A DNA stretch of 64,000 nucleotides from Octopus sinensis (lineage: Eukaryota). How positions within the stretch are numbered: position 1 is the stretch's first letter; the number at the start of each line of letters is the position of its first letter. Positions 40,929-53,349 of this stretch are shown here, in pieces. The notes below the pieces were generated by a model, which was given only the letters and a program-made list of their open reading frames with translations, was not told where the DNA came from and did no database searches. The position numbers and the translations under genes were made by a program. Location: positions 159,898,001 to 159,962,000 of the forward strand of contig NC_042997.1 in NCBI RefSeq assembly GCF_006345805.1, given 5' to 3'.

Positions 40929-41483
40929 GAGTGAAAGAGCAGTGCATGCCACCAAAGTGGCACTGGGGTACAGGTATACGAAGCCTAGTATACCCATCAT
41001 GACTACTCGTCTGATAAGTGTACACTAAGCATATGCATCACTACCACATGTGCGCAACATGGTGATCTCATATCAAGATAAACAGCACATGACCTTGCAG
41101 TTGGGGCCCAGTTAGAATTTTCTTCTGGTCGAGTAACCCATCCCACTCTAAAGGTCCCTGAATAAGGGTTGTTTAAGGATGTTGAACGAAACACCCATGT
41201 TTCCAGAGGTGAATTATTCAAACCCCAAAGGATCCCTCTCAACACATGGCTATGATGCTCCCACACTACTTCTGCTCATGATCAGAGATGCAAATATCGT
41301 CAGCCATTAAGGGACATGCTCAACTGGTTAAGGTCAAACAACTGACAAGCAAATCTGTGGTATTGAGCAGAATATTTGCTGTAGCCCATCTTTTATAACA
41401 AGACAAAACAATGTACATGATAACACTTCCAATCAGTTAAAATCAGAAGCCATGAGGGCCACTGCCTTGTACTGCATCAGGGC

Positions 41484-41485
<2 letters not shown>
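40929..41485 (-). mobile_element. ~550-bp AAT-embedded element (copy 4, mirror of copy 1)
   Basis: Reverse complement of 10091-10641 with scattered substitutions. Confidence 0.75.
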
Positions 41486-41518
<33 letters not shown>

Positions 41519-41527
41519 TATTATTAT

Positions 41528-41580
<53 letters not shown>

Positions 41581-41994
41581 TAGACGTCACACAGTATACA
41601 ATATAGTGAAAATATTGTGTCTACCAGGGGTTTGTACTGTTTGTCAAGTCCCAACAGGGACCTCAGACAGACTGTATTTTACGCAGTATTCCTGCAGCTC
41701 CAAGTAATGCCGACATACATTGTAGGACATTTGTAAAGTTTTTTCAGATTGGGTGGTATTGAACCAAATGGTCGGATGACAGCAGGGATAAACTTTATGC
41801 TTGACTCTCTTAGTTGCCCCAACTTAGCGATCTCAATTCCTTTTCAAGTCTCCATATTTATCAATCTCTCCTCTTTCTTTCATGACGATATGTTGATCTG
41901 CTGGCACTACCACATCAATTATTAGTCACTCTTTCTTTTCCCTCCTAAATGTTACTATATCCGGCTTTCGGATATCTTCTCTAATTATTATTCA

Positions 41995-44900
41995 ACATTA
42001 TTATGCTTGACTTTGGCATTGTATTTGTACAAATTGACACCAAGTCTCAACCAGAGAATTTGAGCGACAACAAGTTAGAAGTTCATATTGGTATTATGCT
42101 TAAGGTGTCATATATTTGATTTTGCACATAGTATTGTTCTAGAGAATGTTTAAGAAAACAAGAAAATCATATATGTGTTTTAAAATTTGTGATTACATGG
42201 ACAGTAATTTAGGTAGGATATTAGCAGTTCCCATCTTTTGAATTTCTGCTATTTTGGAGTTTTCTGGTATCTGAGCTACGTCGGAATCAGCCACTTTTTG
42301 CTATCATTCCTAGGGCACCTATGACAACTGGTATTTTTTGTAGTCTTCAGGTTCCACATTTTGTTAATTTCTATTTCAAGATCTTTATACTTGCTCAGTT
42401 TTTGGTGGATCTCGACATATAAATTTATGTCGATTTGTACAGTCATATCAACAAGGAAGCATGATTTTTATCTGAAGTCTATCAATAAAATGTCTGGCCT
42501 ATTTGCATCTATCTTTCTGTCAGTTTGAATGATGAAGGTCCAGATGATTGAGATGTGAACCTTATCAAGCATTGTACGTGGGTTGCGTTCCCATCAGTTT
42601 TTATCATGGGGCAGGTGCAGGGTTTTGAAAATTTCCCAGAGAATATATTGTGCTGCTCTATCATGCCAGTTGAGATATTATGTAGGCGCAAGAAGACCGC
42701 ACAGGGAGACAACATAATTAATGGGTCCATTTTGTTGTCTTTCATAAGCAGTATTGTTGGGCTACTGCTGTCGTTCTTTAATAATGGCATAGTAGTTCCT
42801 TATAGGTCGGCATTGATCTTGGGCTTCTATGATAAAGCCGTCTGTTTCTATCTTTAATCCAGAAGACACTAGCCATTGATGGGTAAGGGCTTTGTCAACA
42901 TTGCCACTATTAGCTCTCATTGTGTATTTTCCATTGAGTGTTTTTTCTTGCCATTTATCAGTAAGAATATCTAAGGCAGCAGTTTTACCAAGGGTTTTCA
43001 TACGCATAGCTTTTTCTGTGCTTGTTTCCAGTACGTCTAATTCTAGGATTTGTTGTATTTGGAATTCATTTAGATATTCCTTGGCCTGTTTTGTTACTGA
43101 GTAATTATGCATTCTTGTTTTCATGCTTTAAAACAAGTTTTAACATCCAGTCAGCAGATTTTTTCAGGTAGGTGTCTAGGCCGACTGTGGCAATCTCCAT
43201 TGTTAGTTCCAGTTGTAAAAACCCAAGACCACCCTCTTTTCTTGCCAGGTAAAGTTGTTTAATATCTATCTTATTGTGAGTCATTCTATGCATTGTCAGC
43301 AATTTTCGTATTTTTCTGTCAAGATTATATATTCCAATAATTTATCAGTTGATGATTTTGAAACTGTAAGCCACGACCGGCATGGCTAAAGTATTGAACG
43401 CTTCGATTCTGTTTCTGGCATTCAGCTCTGTCTTGAGTATTGCCCTTACCCTGCGATAACATTCTCTTCTGATACTTTCCCTCATTATTCAATGTTTGAC
43501 TCCATCGCATTAAAATACCCCTAGCTATTTGTAGCCCCCCGCTGGGTCCAAATCCTTTACGACATTCAGCTGGTCAAGAATAACGTTTGATGTTTCTGTC
43601 ATTTTCCCTTAGATAAAAGTAGCTTTTGCACATTTAGCGACCCCAGATCGCATCCTGATGTTATCACTGAATCGTTTACCAATCGCTATTAAGTTGTTGG
43701 TCAGTTTTTGCGAAGAGCTTTAAATCATCCATGTAAATGAGATGATTTATACTTTTATCAAACATTTTATAGCCGCATTGTACACCATCGAGTAATTTCG
43801 AGAGAGGTATTAAGTCTAGACAAAAGAGTAGCTGTGATAGAGAGTTACCCTGTTACCCTGGAAAATGCCAAATGAATGTCTTACATCTCTAGCATTGAGA
43901 GATTCATTATCACTGTTTAATGTCAGTGTGTTTCTCCATGATCTCATACAGACAAGACGTTTGGCAGAGTAGCTTCTATTTTATACATTTCCAGACATTT
44001 CTTAATCCAGCTATGTGGTAGACTATTAAAAGATTTTTATAGTCTACCCACACTATCGACAAGTTTTTGTGTCGTTTGTGACAGTCGTTCATCTCATTGA
44101 TGAGTAGCTGATCTTTATAACCATAAAACAAACATTTAAATCCTTTTTGCCCATTAGGTAATATACCACTTTATATTAAAAGACTATAGGTATATTGAGT
44201 CAAGACAGATGTTAGTATTTTATACATTATTGTTAAGCAGGTGATGAGTCAATAATGTTTTGGTTCATTTGTTTCTTCATTTTTTAGTAATGTGAATGTT
44301 ATACCATTAACTAACCAAGAGGGGATCATACTAGGTTGTTTCAAAACATTGTTGTAAAGTTTTGTTAGCAATTCATAGCTCTCTGGAAAGGCATTCAGCC
44401 AGAGCTTAGGAATTTTATCCTTTCCTGGAGATTTCCATTTGCTTAACTTCCTAAGAGCAGATCTTACATCTTCTGCCTTGATACCCTCCCACTTTTACTC
44501 TTCTAATGAGTCTAAGTCTGCAGATATTCTATCAATCTAAAGGGACTTTTCACTGTGTGATTCTTCTGCTGCACTTCTTCTTTTGATGGGACAGACTTTA
44601 CTGTAACTGGTGCTTTCCCTATCTTTCTATAAAACTGTTTTGGGTTATTTTGAAACATGTTGTTGTCCAAGAAGAATCTAGGCTTTTTGTGGGAATGTTG
44701 TCGTTTTCTAATCTTTTGACCACATAGAATCGTTGAAATTTTCGCGGATGCATAGTACAGGTGGTTGAATCTGTAATATGAACATCATTGGCTAAAAGTA
44801 AATCCTTAGGTGCAACAATTCCTTTCAGTTTTTGGTTAGATTTGCGAATTATTGGGAGAGTGTCACATTCATTCATGCTGTTTTTTAAAGTTTTCAGCCA

Positions 44901-45800
44901 TTCAATCATGATTTGATATTTTATATCATGTAGTTCTGTTGGGTCAATTTCTGTATGACTTTGTTCATCTATTTGATTTTCATCTGCCTTAGTGTTTATG
45001 GTTGTTTCAGAAAGTAATTCACTTTGCGTACATTAACTCTTTCAATCATTACGGCATTTTTATCAAACCTGGACTGGTCTATAATTATTTCCTCTGTAGT
45101 ATCTTCTCTGGCTGCATTTTCGTTGCCTTTATCCCTCATTGATTGCTTCTTTTTTTCAATCTCTAATTCAATTAGTAATTTCCTTTTTATAAGGTTTCTG
45201 CTAATGTTGGCAAATTTTTTACTGCCTATATATAGGGTCTTACTTCTAGCTGCTTCCGTTTACCCCTTAGGTAGGTTTGTTTAGTATTAGATATATTTGC
45301 ATGATAGAAGACCTTAAGAATTCTTTATTATCTCTCCTAGATAATTTTGCATTATTTTTCTTTTGGTTATTTGATGACGTGCGTGAATGGCCATCTGTTG
45401 GAATATTCCGGTTGTGGGGTACTTCCATCGTCTGTGTTTCGGAAGATTTGAACCAGTAGCTGACTTTTAGTATCCGATCTGGTTCCTTTCTGGGTTACAC
45501 GACCCTTGTTTATACGGGTGACGGGTGTATTTTACTTTATTATCATTGTAGCATGACGAGCTTGGACGTCGTCATTAGGAAGCAGATATGTCTGTTTAGG
45601 TGTTAATTTTTTGAGACAACACCACCTCCGAGTTCTTTGAATGAAAACATTGCTCGTAACGTAGCTTCTTTAGCATAACATATCTGTTTACATCTGTATT
45701 GTTTTTGTTGATAGATTTATCTCCGGACACAGTTTTTTGTGGTGTTTTTAAATATATGAAATATACGAACTAACTCTCTCTGTCTTAGTTCGAAAAATAA
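41995..45800 (-). mobile_element. Family B LINE, mirror of 2815-6620
   Basis: Identical mirror ORF translations. Confidence 0.85.
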
Positions 45801-46101
45801 AATAAAAAATGTATGTCTTTTTGCTTCGTTTGTGACTCGTCCTTTCATATGCACGTATGTGTCCTGTAAATTTCACACAGTTGTGTAAACATTGGTGTAT
45901 ATGTGTAGTCCTATGGGTATTAAAATGTATATATGATTGTGTAGACATTCGTGTGTATCCGCAATTAATCAATTTGCGTACTTATTGATTTGTTCCACTT
46001 ATATTTTTAATAATTTCTAAACTTTCCGAAGTTGATTTACCATGAGTTTATCGCACGTTTCACATTATTATTATTATTATTATTTATTATTATTATTATT
46101 G

Positions 46102-46140
<39 letters not shown>

Positions 46141-46242
46141 TATTATTATTATTGTTATTGTTATTATTATTATTATTATTATTTTATTATTATTATAATT
46201 ATTATTATTATTATTATCATTATAATTATTATTATTATTATT

Positions 46243-47605
46243 TACTTTGAATATGCATGTTTGTTACAATCACTTGCTGAGACATACCCACAATCCTAGG
46301 GTGAATGAAGGATAAGAGATGTTACAGTATGAATGAAAGCTTGGAGAGGGGAAGTGGCAGGGGCACTAATGGAATATCTATATGTAATACAACACAAACA
46401 TTTAAATTCATAGGGTCTTTCTAAGGATGTAAGCTGTACTTAGCATAATCTTTCAGATATCTCTGAGACATGGTTCTCTTGGGATAATATCTAGATATCT
46501 CTCCCATCCCTAGGGCACCCACAATTACAGGAAGAGTTCTTGCTTTAAGATGCCATATCTTTTGTACTTTAATTTCCAGGTCCTTATATTTACTTAATTT
46601 TTAAAATTTTTGACAGATATATTTAAATCCGTGGGAACCCTTACATCTATTAATCTACAAGTATTTTTGTCCTAGTCTTTAATGACTATATTTGGTGGAT
46701 TAGTCGCTATTGACTGAAAACTCGCTGACAATAGTGACGTTTCTACTTTCAACGACTGACTCAGGATGACGTTGCTACCAACAAGCAGGACTGCTGCTTT
46801 TGTAGTATTTACACATTTTCTAAAGTAAATACTGTCCTACACTATCGTGACGACTTATGTATTCGCTTGGTGTCAGCACAGGATATCCCGAGACGACATG
46901 GTCTATTGTTTCATCAAATTTATCGCAGAATGTGCATTTAGAGTCAGCACTGTTTTGAAGAACGTTAGATTTTGGTAAGCATGCTTTAACATTGTGTCGC
47001 TAATATGAAACTACCTGTTTCTGTTTTCAGTCCTGAACTCCTCCTGAACCCAACTGATGGGTTGTTACTTGGTCTACATCAGCATTTCGGCTTCAAATTA
47101 TATACTGTCCATGCAGAGGCTTTGTTTGCGCCACTGCTCCTAAATCTGTTTCCACCCGTTCTTTTTTGCAGACTGTTTGATCCATTTTGCTTATTTGGTA
47201 GCAGTGGTTCCAAGTTCTTCACCCAATTCAGGATTAATTCGAATTTGAAAATTTGCAAGCTTCGACAATAGAATGTGATTTTTTGCTGCTTTCGTATACG
47301 TACGCTAGTATCCAGTCCTCTGTACTTGGTAAGTTCTTGTTCGTTGCTGTTGTGGAGGACTTACAGCACAGTTCTACATGCATCATTTCTCTTCCCCCAT
47401 TTCTTCTAGGTAGGGACAGACGATCAACGTCTGCTTCCAGGTGGCGCATATTTTTAGATGTTAGGAGTTTCCTTTTCTTATTGTCCAGGCAATGGAGTTC
47501 TGCAACATTCCTTTTAATGATGTTAAAACTGTACTGGACTACTGGAAGTGCCAGGATGTTAATGGCTTCCATGGAAGTTTTGGAGTTGAATTTTAGTATG
47601 AGTTT
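46243..47605 (-). mobile_element. Family E LINE, mirror of 481-1860
   Basis: ORF 47234..47758 is nearly identical to 326..856. Confidence 0.8.
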
Positions 47606-47696
47606 TGTTATTGTTGTTGTTGTTATTATTATTATTATTATTATCATTATTATTATTATTATTATATTATTATTATTATTATTATTATTATCATTA

Positions 47697-48510
47697 TTTG
47701 TTTGACTTTTGCTTTGTATTCGTACAAGTTGATTCCAAGTCTCACCCAGAGACCTCACGAGAGAGCAAGTTAGAAGTTCATGTTAAGAGTTATGCCTAGG
47801 TTGTCATACATTTGATTTTGTACATGGTGTAGTTCTAGAGAATGTTTTATAGGTTTGTTTTAAATTTGAGATTACATAGACAGTATTTTGCGAAGGATGT
47901 GAACAGTTCCCATGAGCATTATCATTGTAATTTCTGCAATTTTAGCGTTTTCTGGTATCTGAGCTATGTAGAAATCAGCTACTTTTGTTATTAATATGAC
48001 AACACATTTCTGTTAGTCGTGAGGTCCCGTAATTCAGCAATTTCCCTTTCAAGATATTTATAATTGCCCAGTTTTGGGTTGGTCTTGACAAATACATTTA
48101 TGTCGATTGGGACAGTCATATCAATGTCTGAAGCGTTTCAATATATTGTCTGGCCTATTCACGTCTATCTTTCTGTCAATTTGAATGAAGTACCAGAGCA
48201 TTGAGATGTGATCATTTTCAAGCACTAGAGGTGGTTTGTGTTCCCACCAGTTTTTATCATGGGGTAGGTCCAAGTTTTTGCAAATTAGCCATTGAATATA
48301 TCGTACTGCTCTATCATGCCTATTGAGACACATTGTAGGCGCACAAAGAGACAACATGATCAATGGTTTCAGTTCGTTGTTTTCATCAATGGTTTCCTTT
48401 TGTTACTTTGAAAAAGGGATTCATTTTGTTGTTTTGAATAATGCTTTCATTATGTTGTTTTGATCAATTGTCCTCTTTTTGTTGTCTTGGTCAATGGTTT
48501 CATTTTGTTG

Positions 48511-48512
<2 letters not shown>
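47697..48512 (-). mobile_element. Family B 3' fragment with reiterated 5' junction
   Basis: RHDRAVRYIQW..RPDNIL motifs. Repeated QQNETID-like segments at 48355-48512. Confidence 0.78.
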
Positions 48513-48587
<75 letters not shown>

Positions 48588-48798
48588 TATGTTTGACTTT
48601 TGCTTTATATTTGTACAAGTTGGCTCCAAGTCTCACCCAGAGACCTCAAGAGACAACAGGGTTGGAAGTTCATGTTGTTGTTATGCCTAGTGTGCCATAT
48701 ATTTGGGGGTGGGGATGTTGTACTAATGAATGTCTAAAAAAAAAAGGTTTTTTTTTTTTTTTTTAAACCGAAAATTATGTTTGTTTTAAACCTTGAGA

Positions 48799-49815
48799 TT
48801 ACATAGAGAGTATTTTGCGTAGGATATGAGCAGTTCCCATGAGCACTATCTTTTGAACTTCTGCCATTTTTGGGTTTCCTGGTATCTGAGTTAGATAGCT
48901 ATCAGCCCCTTTTGCTATCATTCCCAGGGCACCTATGACAACAGGTATTGTTTTAGTCTTCAGCTTCCACATTTTGCTGATTTCTATTTCAAGATCTTTA
49001 TATTTGCTCAGTTTTTGGTAGGTCTTGACAGATACGTTTATATCGATTGGGACAGTCATATCAATGAGGAGGCATGTTCTTTGTTTGAAGTCTTTCAATA
49101 TGATGTCTGGCCTATTTGCATCTATCTTCCTGTCAGTTTGAATGGTGAAGTTCCAGAGGAGTGAGATGTGGTCATTTTCAAGCACTGGGGGTGGTTTGTG
49201 TTCCCACCAGTTTTTTTCATGGGGCAAATCCAGGTTTTTACAAATTACCCAGTGATTATATTGTGCAGCTCTATCGTGCCTGTTGAGATACTCTGTAGGC
49301 GCTAGAAGACTGCACTTGGAGACCACATGGTCAATGGTTTCATTTTGTTGCTTGCATACACGACACGTTGGACTGCTTCTGATCTTTAATATATTGGCCT
49401 GGTAGTTTCTTGTTGGTAGGCATTGATCTTGAGCTGCTATGATACACCCCTCTGTTTCAGATTTTAAGCCAGAGGCCATTAGCCATTGATGGGTCAGGGC
49501 TTTGTCGATATCTGCATTATTCGCTCTCTTTGGGTATTTGCCATAGAGAGGTTTTTCTTGCCATTTATTATTCAGAATATCTAAGGCCGCAGTTTTGGCA
49601 CGGGTTTTCATGCGCCTAGCTTTTTCTGTGCTTGTTTCTTGTATATCTATCTCTAATTCCGAAATTGGTTGTATTCGGAATTCACTTAGATATTCCTTTG
49701 CCTGTTTTGTGACTGAGTATGATGCTTTCATATTTTCATGTTTTGAGACAAGTTTTAACATCCAGTCCTCAGAGTTTTTCTGGTAGGTGTCTAGGCCAAT
49801 TGTAGCAATCTTCAT
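48799..49815 (-). CDS. Open ORF: post-RT region + CCHC knuckle + REL endonuclease, no RT (copy 1)
   Basis: CRVC..ETIDHVVSKC, RHD, RPDII..LIDMT and KLSKY are all present without stops. Expression is unknown. Confidence 0.6.
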   Translation of the reverse strand: MKIATIGLDTYQKNSEDWMLKLVSKHENMKASYSVTKQAKEYLSEFRIQPISELEIDIQETSTEKARRMKTRAKTAALDILNNKWQEKPLYGKYPKRANNADIDKALTHQWLMASGLKSETEGCIIAAQDQCLPTRNYQANILKIRSSPTCRVCKQQNETIDHVVSKCSLLAPTEYLNRHDRAAQYNHWVICKNLDLPHEKNWWEHKPPPVLENDHISLLWNFTIQTDRKIDANRPDIILKDFKQRTCLLIDMTVPIDINVSVKTYQKLSKYKDLEIEISKMWKLKTKTIPVVIGALGMIAKGADSYLTQIPGNPKMAEVQKIVLMGTAHILRKILSM

Positions 49816-49852
49816 TGTTATTATTGTTATTATTATTATTTTATTATTATTA

Positions 49853-49894
<42 letters not shown>

Positions 49895-50127
49895 TATTAT
49901 TATTATTATTATTCTATGTTTGACTTTTGCTTTATATTTGTACAAGTTGGCTCCAAGTCTCACCCAGAGACCTCAAGAGACAACAGGGTTGGAAGTTCAT
50001 GTTGTTGTTATGCCTAGTGTGCCATATATTTGGGGGTGGGGATGTTGTACTAATGAATGTCTAAAAAAAAAAGGTTTTTTTTTTTTTTTTTTTAAACCGA
50101 AAATTATGTTTGTTTTAAACCTTGAGA

Positions 50128-51144
50128 TTACATAGAGAGTATTTTGCGTAGGATATGAGCAGTTCCCATGAGCACTATCTTTTGAACTTCTGCCATTTTT
50201 GGGTTTCCTGGTATCTGAGTTAGATAGCTATCAGCCCCTTTTGCTATCATTCCCAGGGCACCTATGACAACAGGTATTGTTTTAGTCTTCAGCTTCCACA
50301 TTTTGCTGATTTCTATTTCAAGATCTTTATATTTGCTCAGTTTTTGGTAGGTCTTGACAGATACGTTTATATCGATTGGGACAGTCATATCAATGAGGAG
50401 GCATGTTCTTTGTTTGAAGTCTTTCAATATGATGTCTGGCCTATTTGCATCTATCTTCCTGTCAGTTTGAATGGTGAAGTTCCAGAGGAGTGAGATGTGG
50501 TCATTTTCAAGCACTGGGGGTGGTTTGTGTTCCCACCAGTTTTTTTCATGGGGCAAATCCAGGTTTTTACAAATTACCCAGTGATTATATTGTGCAGCTC
50601 TATCGTGCCTGTTGAGATACTCTGTAGGCGCTAGAAGACTGCACTTGGAGACCACATGGTCAATGGTTTCATTTTGTTGCTTGCATACACGACACGTTGG
50701 ACTGCTTCTGATCTTTAATATATTGGCCTGGTAGTTTCTTGTTGGTAGGCATTGATCTTGAGCTGCTATGATACACCCCTCTGTTTCAGATTTTAAGCCA
50801 GAGGCCATTAGCCATTGATGGGTCAGGGCTTTGTCGATATCTGCATTATTCGCTCTCTTTGGGTATTTGCCATAGAGAGGTTTTTCTTGCCATTTATTAT
50901 TCAGAATATCTAAGGCCGCAGTTTTGGCACGGGTTTTCATGCGCCTAGCTTTTTCTGTGCTTGTTTCTTGTATATCTATCTCTAATTCCGAAATTGGTTG
51001 TATTCGGAATTCACTTAGATATTCCTTTGCCTGTTTTGTGACTGAGTATGATGCTTTCATATTTTCATGTTTTGAGACAAGTTTTAACATCCAGTCCTCA
51101 GAGTTTTTCTGGTAGGTGTCTAGGCCAATTGTAGCAATCTTCAT
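50128..51144 (-). CDS. Same REL ORF (copy 2)
   Basis: Identical translation. The ORF track extends it to 51225 through the upstream microsatellite. Confidence 0.6.
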   Translation of the reverse strand: MKIATIGLDTYQKNSEDWMLKLVSKHENMKASYSVTKQAKEYLSEFRIQPISELEIDIQETSTEKARRMKTRAKTAALDILNNKWQEKPLYGKYPKRANNADIDKALTHQWLMASGLKSETEGCIIAAQDQCLPTRNYQANILKIRSSPTCRVCKQQNETIDHVVSKCSLLAPTEYLNRHDRAAQYNHWVICKNLDLPHEKNWWEHKPPPVLENDHISLLWNFTIQTDRKIDANRPDIILKDFKQRTCLLIDMTVPIDINVSVKTYQKLSKYKDLEIEISKMWKLKTKTIPVVIGALGMIAKGADSYLTQIPGNPKMAEVQKIVLMGTAHILRKILSM

Positions 51145-51152
51145 TGTTATTA

Positions 51153-51213
<61 letters not shown>

Positions 51214-51239
51214 GATTATCATCATAATAATTATTATTC

Positions 51240-51727
51240 AGTATTTTATTTTTATAATGTGCTTTCATTTCACTTCCGAGCACAGATCTGTGTGCCTTGG
51301 GTATATGCAGTGGTTTGTTGTGATGCTCTTATGGTTACTGTATTGAAAGTGTTTTGCGTAGGATGTGTGCAGTGCCCAGTAGTGCAACATACTGTACGTT
51401 ATACAAATTTGTAAGTCCTGGTGTTTTTTTTATGTATTTGTCTGGATATTTTTTGTCATACCTAATGCGCCCACTAAGATAGGAATTATTTCTGTTTTTA
51501 GATTTCACATTCAAGTTACCTCTATTTCCAGATCTTCGCATTTCTAAAGTTCTCCATTTCTTTTAGAGAAACGTTGTCATCTGCTGGTAGTGATACATCA
51601 AAAAGAAAGCATTTTTTAGCGTCATGATCTCTGACAAGTATATCTGGCATATTTGCCTTAATTTATCTATCTGTGTGTATTGGCATATACCAGAGTATTG
51701 TTGCTTTCTCGTTTTCTGTGACCTTTC
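51240..51727 (-). mobile_element. Older family A 3' fragment
   Basis: LLGTAHILRKTLSIQ and a diverged family A UTR. Confidence 0.8.
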
Positions 51728-51747
51728 TGTGACCTAGAAGTAGTAGC

Positions 51748-51794
<47 letters not shown>

Positions 51795-51869
51795 AAGAAG
51801 AAGAAGAAGAAGAAGAAGAAGAAGAAGAAGAAGAAGAAGAAGAAGAAGAAGAAGAAGAAGGAAGCCTGA

Positions 51870-53315
51870 GAATCAAATTGTGCAGCTCAAAAGAGTTTTA
51901 GGATGGATAAATACAATGATAAAAAGGAGAGGTTGAAAGAAAGGCTCAGGAACGGACGGCGAAGAATCAGCAAAAGTCATAAGGAACAGCAAACAGTTAG
52001 AGAACGAGAACAAAGAAACCAAATCAAGGAAGGAGAAAAAATTATAGATGCCAACAGAGAACACATCAGTGACAGAAGAATAGGCTCTTCAAGAACAATG
52101 GAAGAAAAATTCTATAAAACAACTGAACAAAGTTAAATAAATTAGGGAAACAATATGTCAGATGCTGAAACAGCAAGAAAATTCTATTTAGGGATTTTAA
52201 GGAGAAATGGAAGATATAAGGACACAAAGAAATATAACTATCACGGATAAGAAACTAAAGAGTATGTTGAAGAAAATTCCAAACTGGAAATACCCTGGGA
52301 CAGATGGTGTCCGTTGTTTCTGGCTTAAAACTTTCCAAGTATACACACCTATATACGACCATTTTTTACTCATTGCATAAAAAAATGGAACACCAGCATG
52401 GATGACAAAAGGAAGGAGAGTACTGATCTAGAATGACTATGAAAAGAGAGGGGAAGTCAGCAATTATTGACCTATTATTTGCTTACCACTATTCAGGAAA
52501 GAAACATTAAGCGGCCTCACACCAGATGAAGCATATAATTAAAGGTGGATCTATTGTCAGAGGAGCAAAGAGAATGAAGAAAGAAATCGAGTTTAACTGT
52601 TGATCTAAGGAATACAAAGATGGGACCAGAAAGCAACACATCCAGAGAGCTAGATGATACAAAAAGGGACAACAAAACATCCAGATAGATGATACAAAAA
52701 ACGGACAAGAAAAAACGGGTTGCTCGGAGTTTTCTTTCCTCAGTCGAGTTCCAGATTATCTTTGCAATTTCGGCTGGATATACTCGAGATTGCTCCAATC
52801 TGGCCAGCTCCAAGGAAAAACTAAGCTAAGAGCACTAGATTTCTTGGAAGAAAGCAGCGAAGGTATACGAAAACAAGGACGGAAAAGAAGGGAGAAATGG
52901 TACACAAATACAAATGCAAATAACAGGTCATTAACAACAGGTGTCTTTCGACTAAGGAGGAATTAAATTAAATTGGCGTGTGTGGAAGTGAAGCTTTATG
53001 GCAAGGATGTAAGAGACGACAAAAATGAGGAGTAATATAGATGTTGCACGGATGGTAGTCGAACCAAGAAAGAAAGATCAGGCTTGGCCAAACACCGGTC
53101 ACGTGGAGAGGGAGGACAGAGGTAGAGGTAGAGGGATAGAAGAATTAGGGAAGGACGAGAAAAAGGACAGAGCGAATTGAAAGAGCAGGGAACGTGAGAA
53201 TGAAGAGAAAGCCAGGAAATGTGAGAGAGGGGGAACGAAAGAAAGATGTGGAAAGAACGAAGTAATTGTGAAGGGGCTGATAAAAAGAAGGATCAAATGA
53301 AGAATAAGAAAGTCG

Positions 53316-53349
<34 letters not shown>

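Larger units (their letters stand above)
33013..48083. repeat. Right arm of giant inverted duplication
   Basis: Same order of elements as 1-17221 in reverse complement, with arm-specific indels. Confidence 0.93.
48587..51149 (-). repeat. Tandem duplication (~1.33 kb) of a 5'-truncated family B LINE
   Basis: Units at 48587-49820 and 49914-51149 have the same truncation point, the same UTR and an identical 338-aa translation. Confidence 0.95.

Noticed and set aside
48735-48766. A-run/GG/T-run hairpin as a terminator
   Set aside because: It lies within a LINE 3' UTR in eukaryotic DNA, and homopolymer pairing is uninformative.
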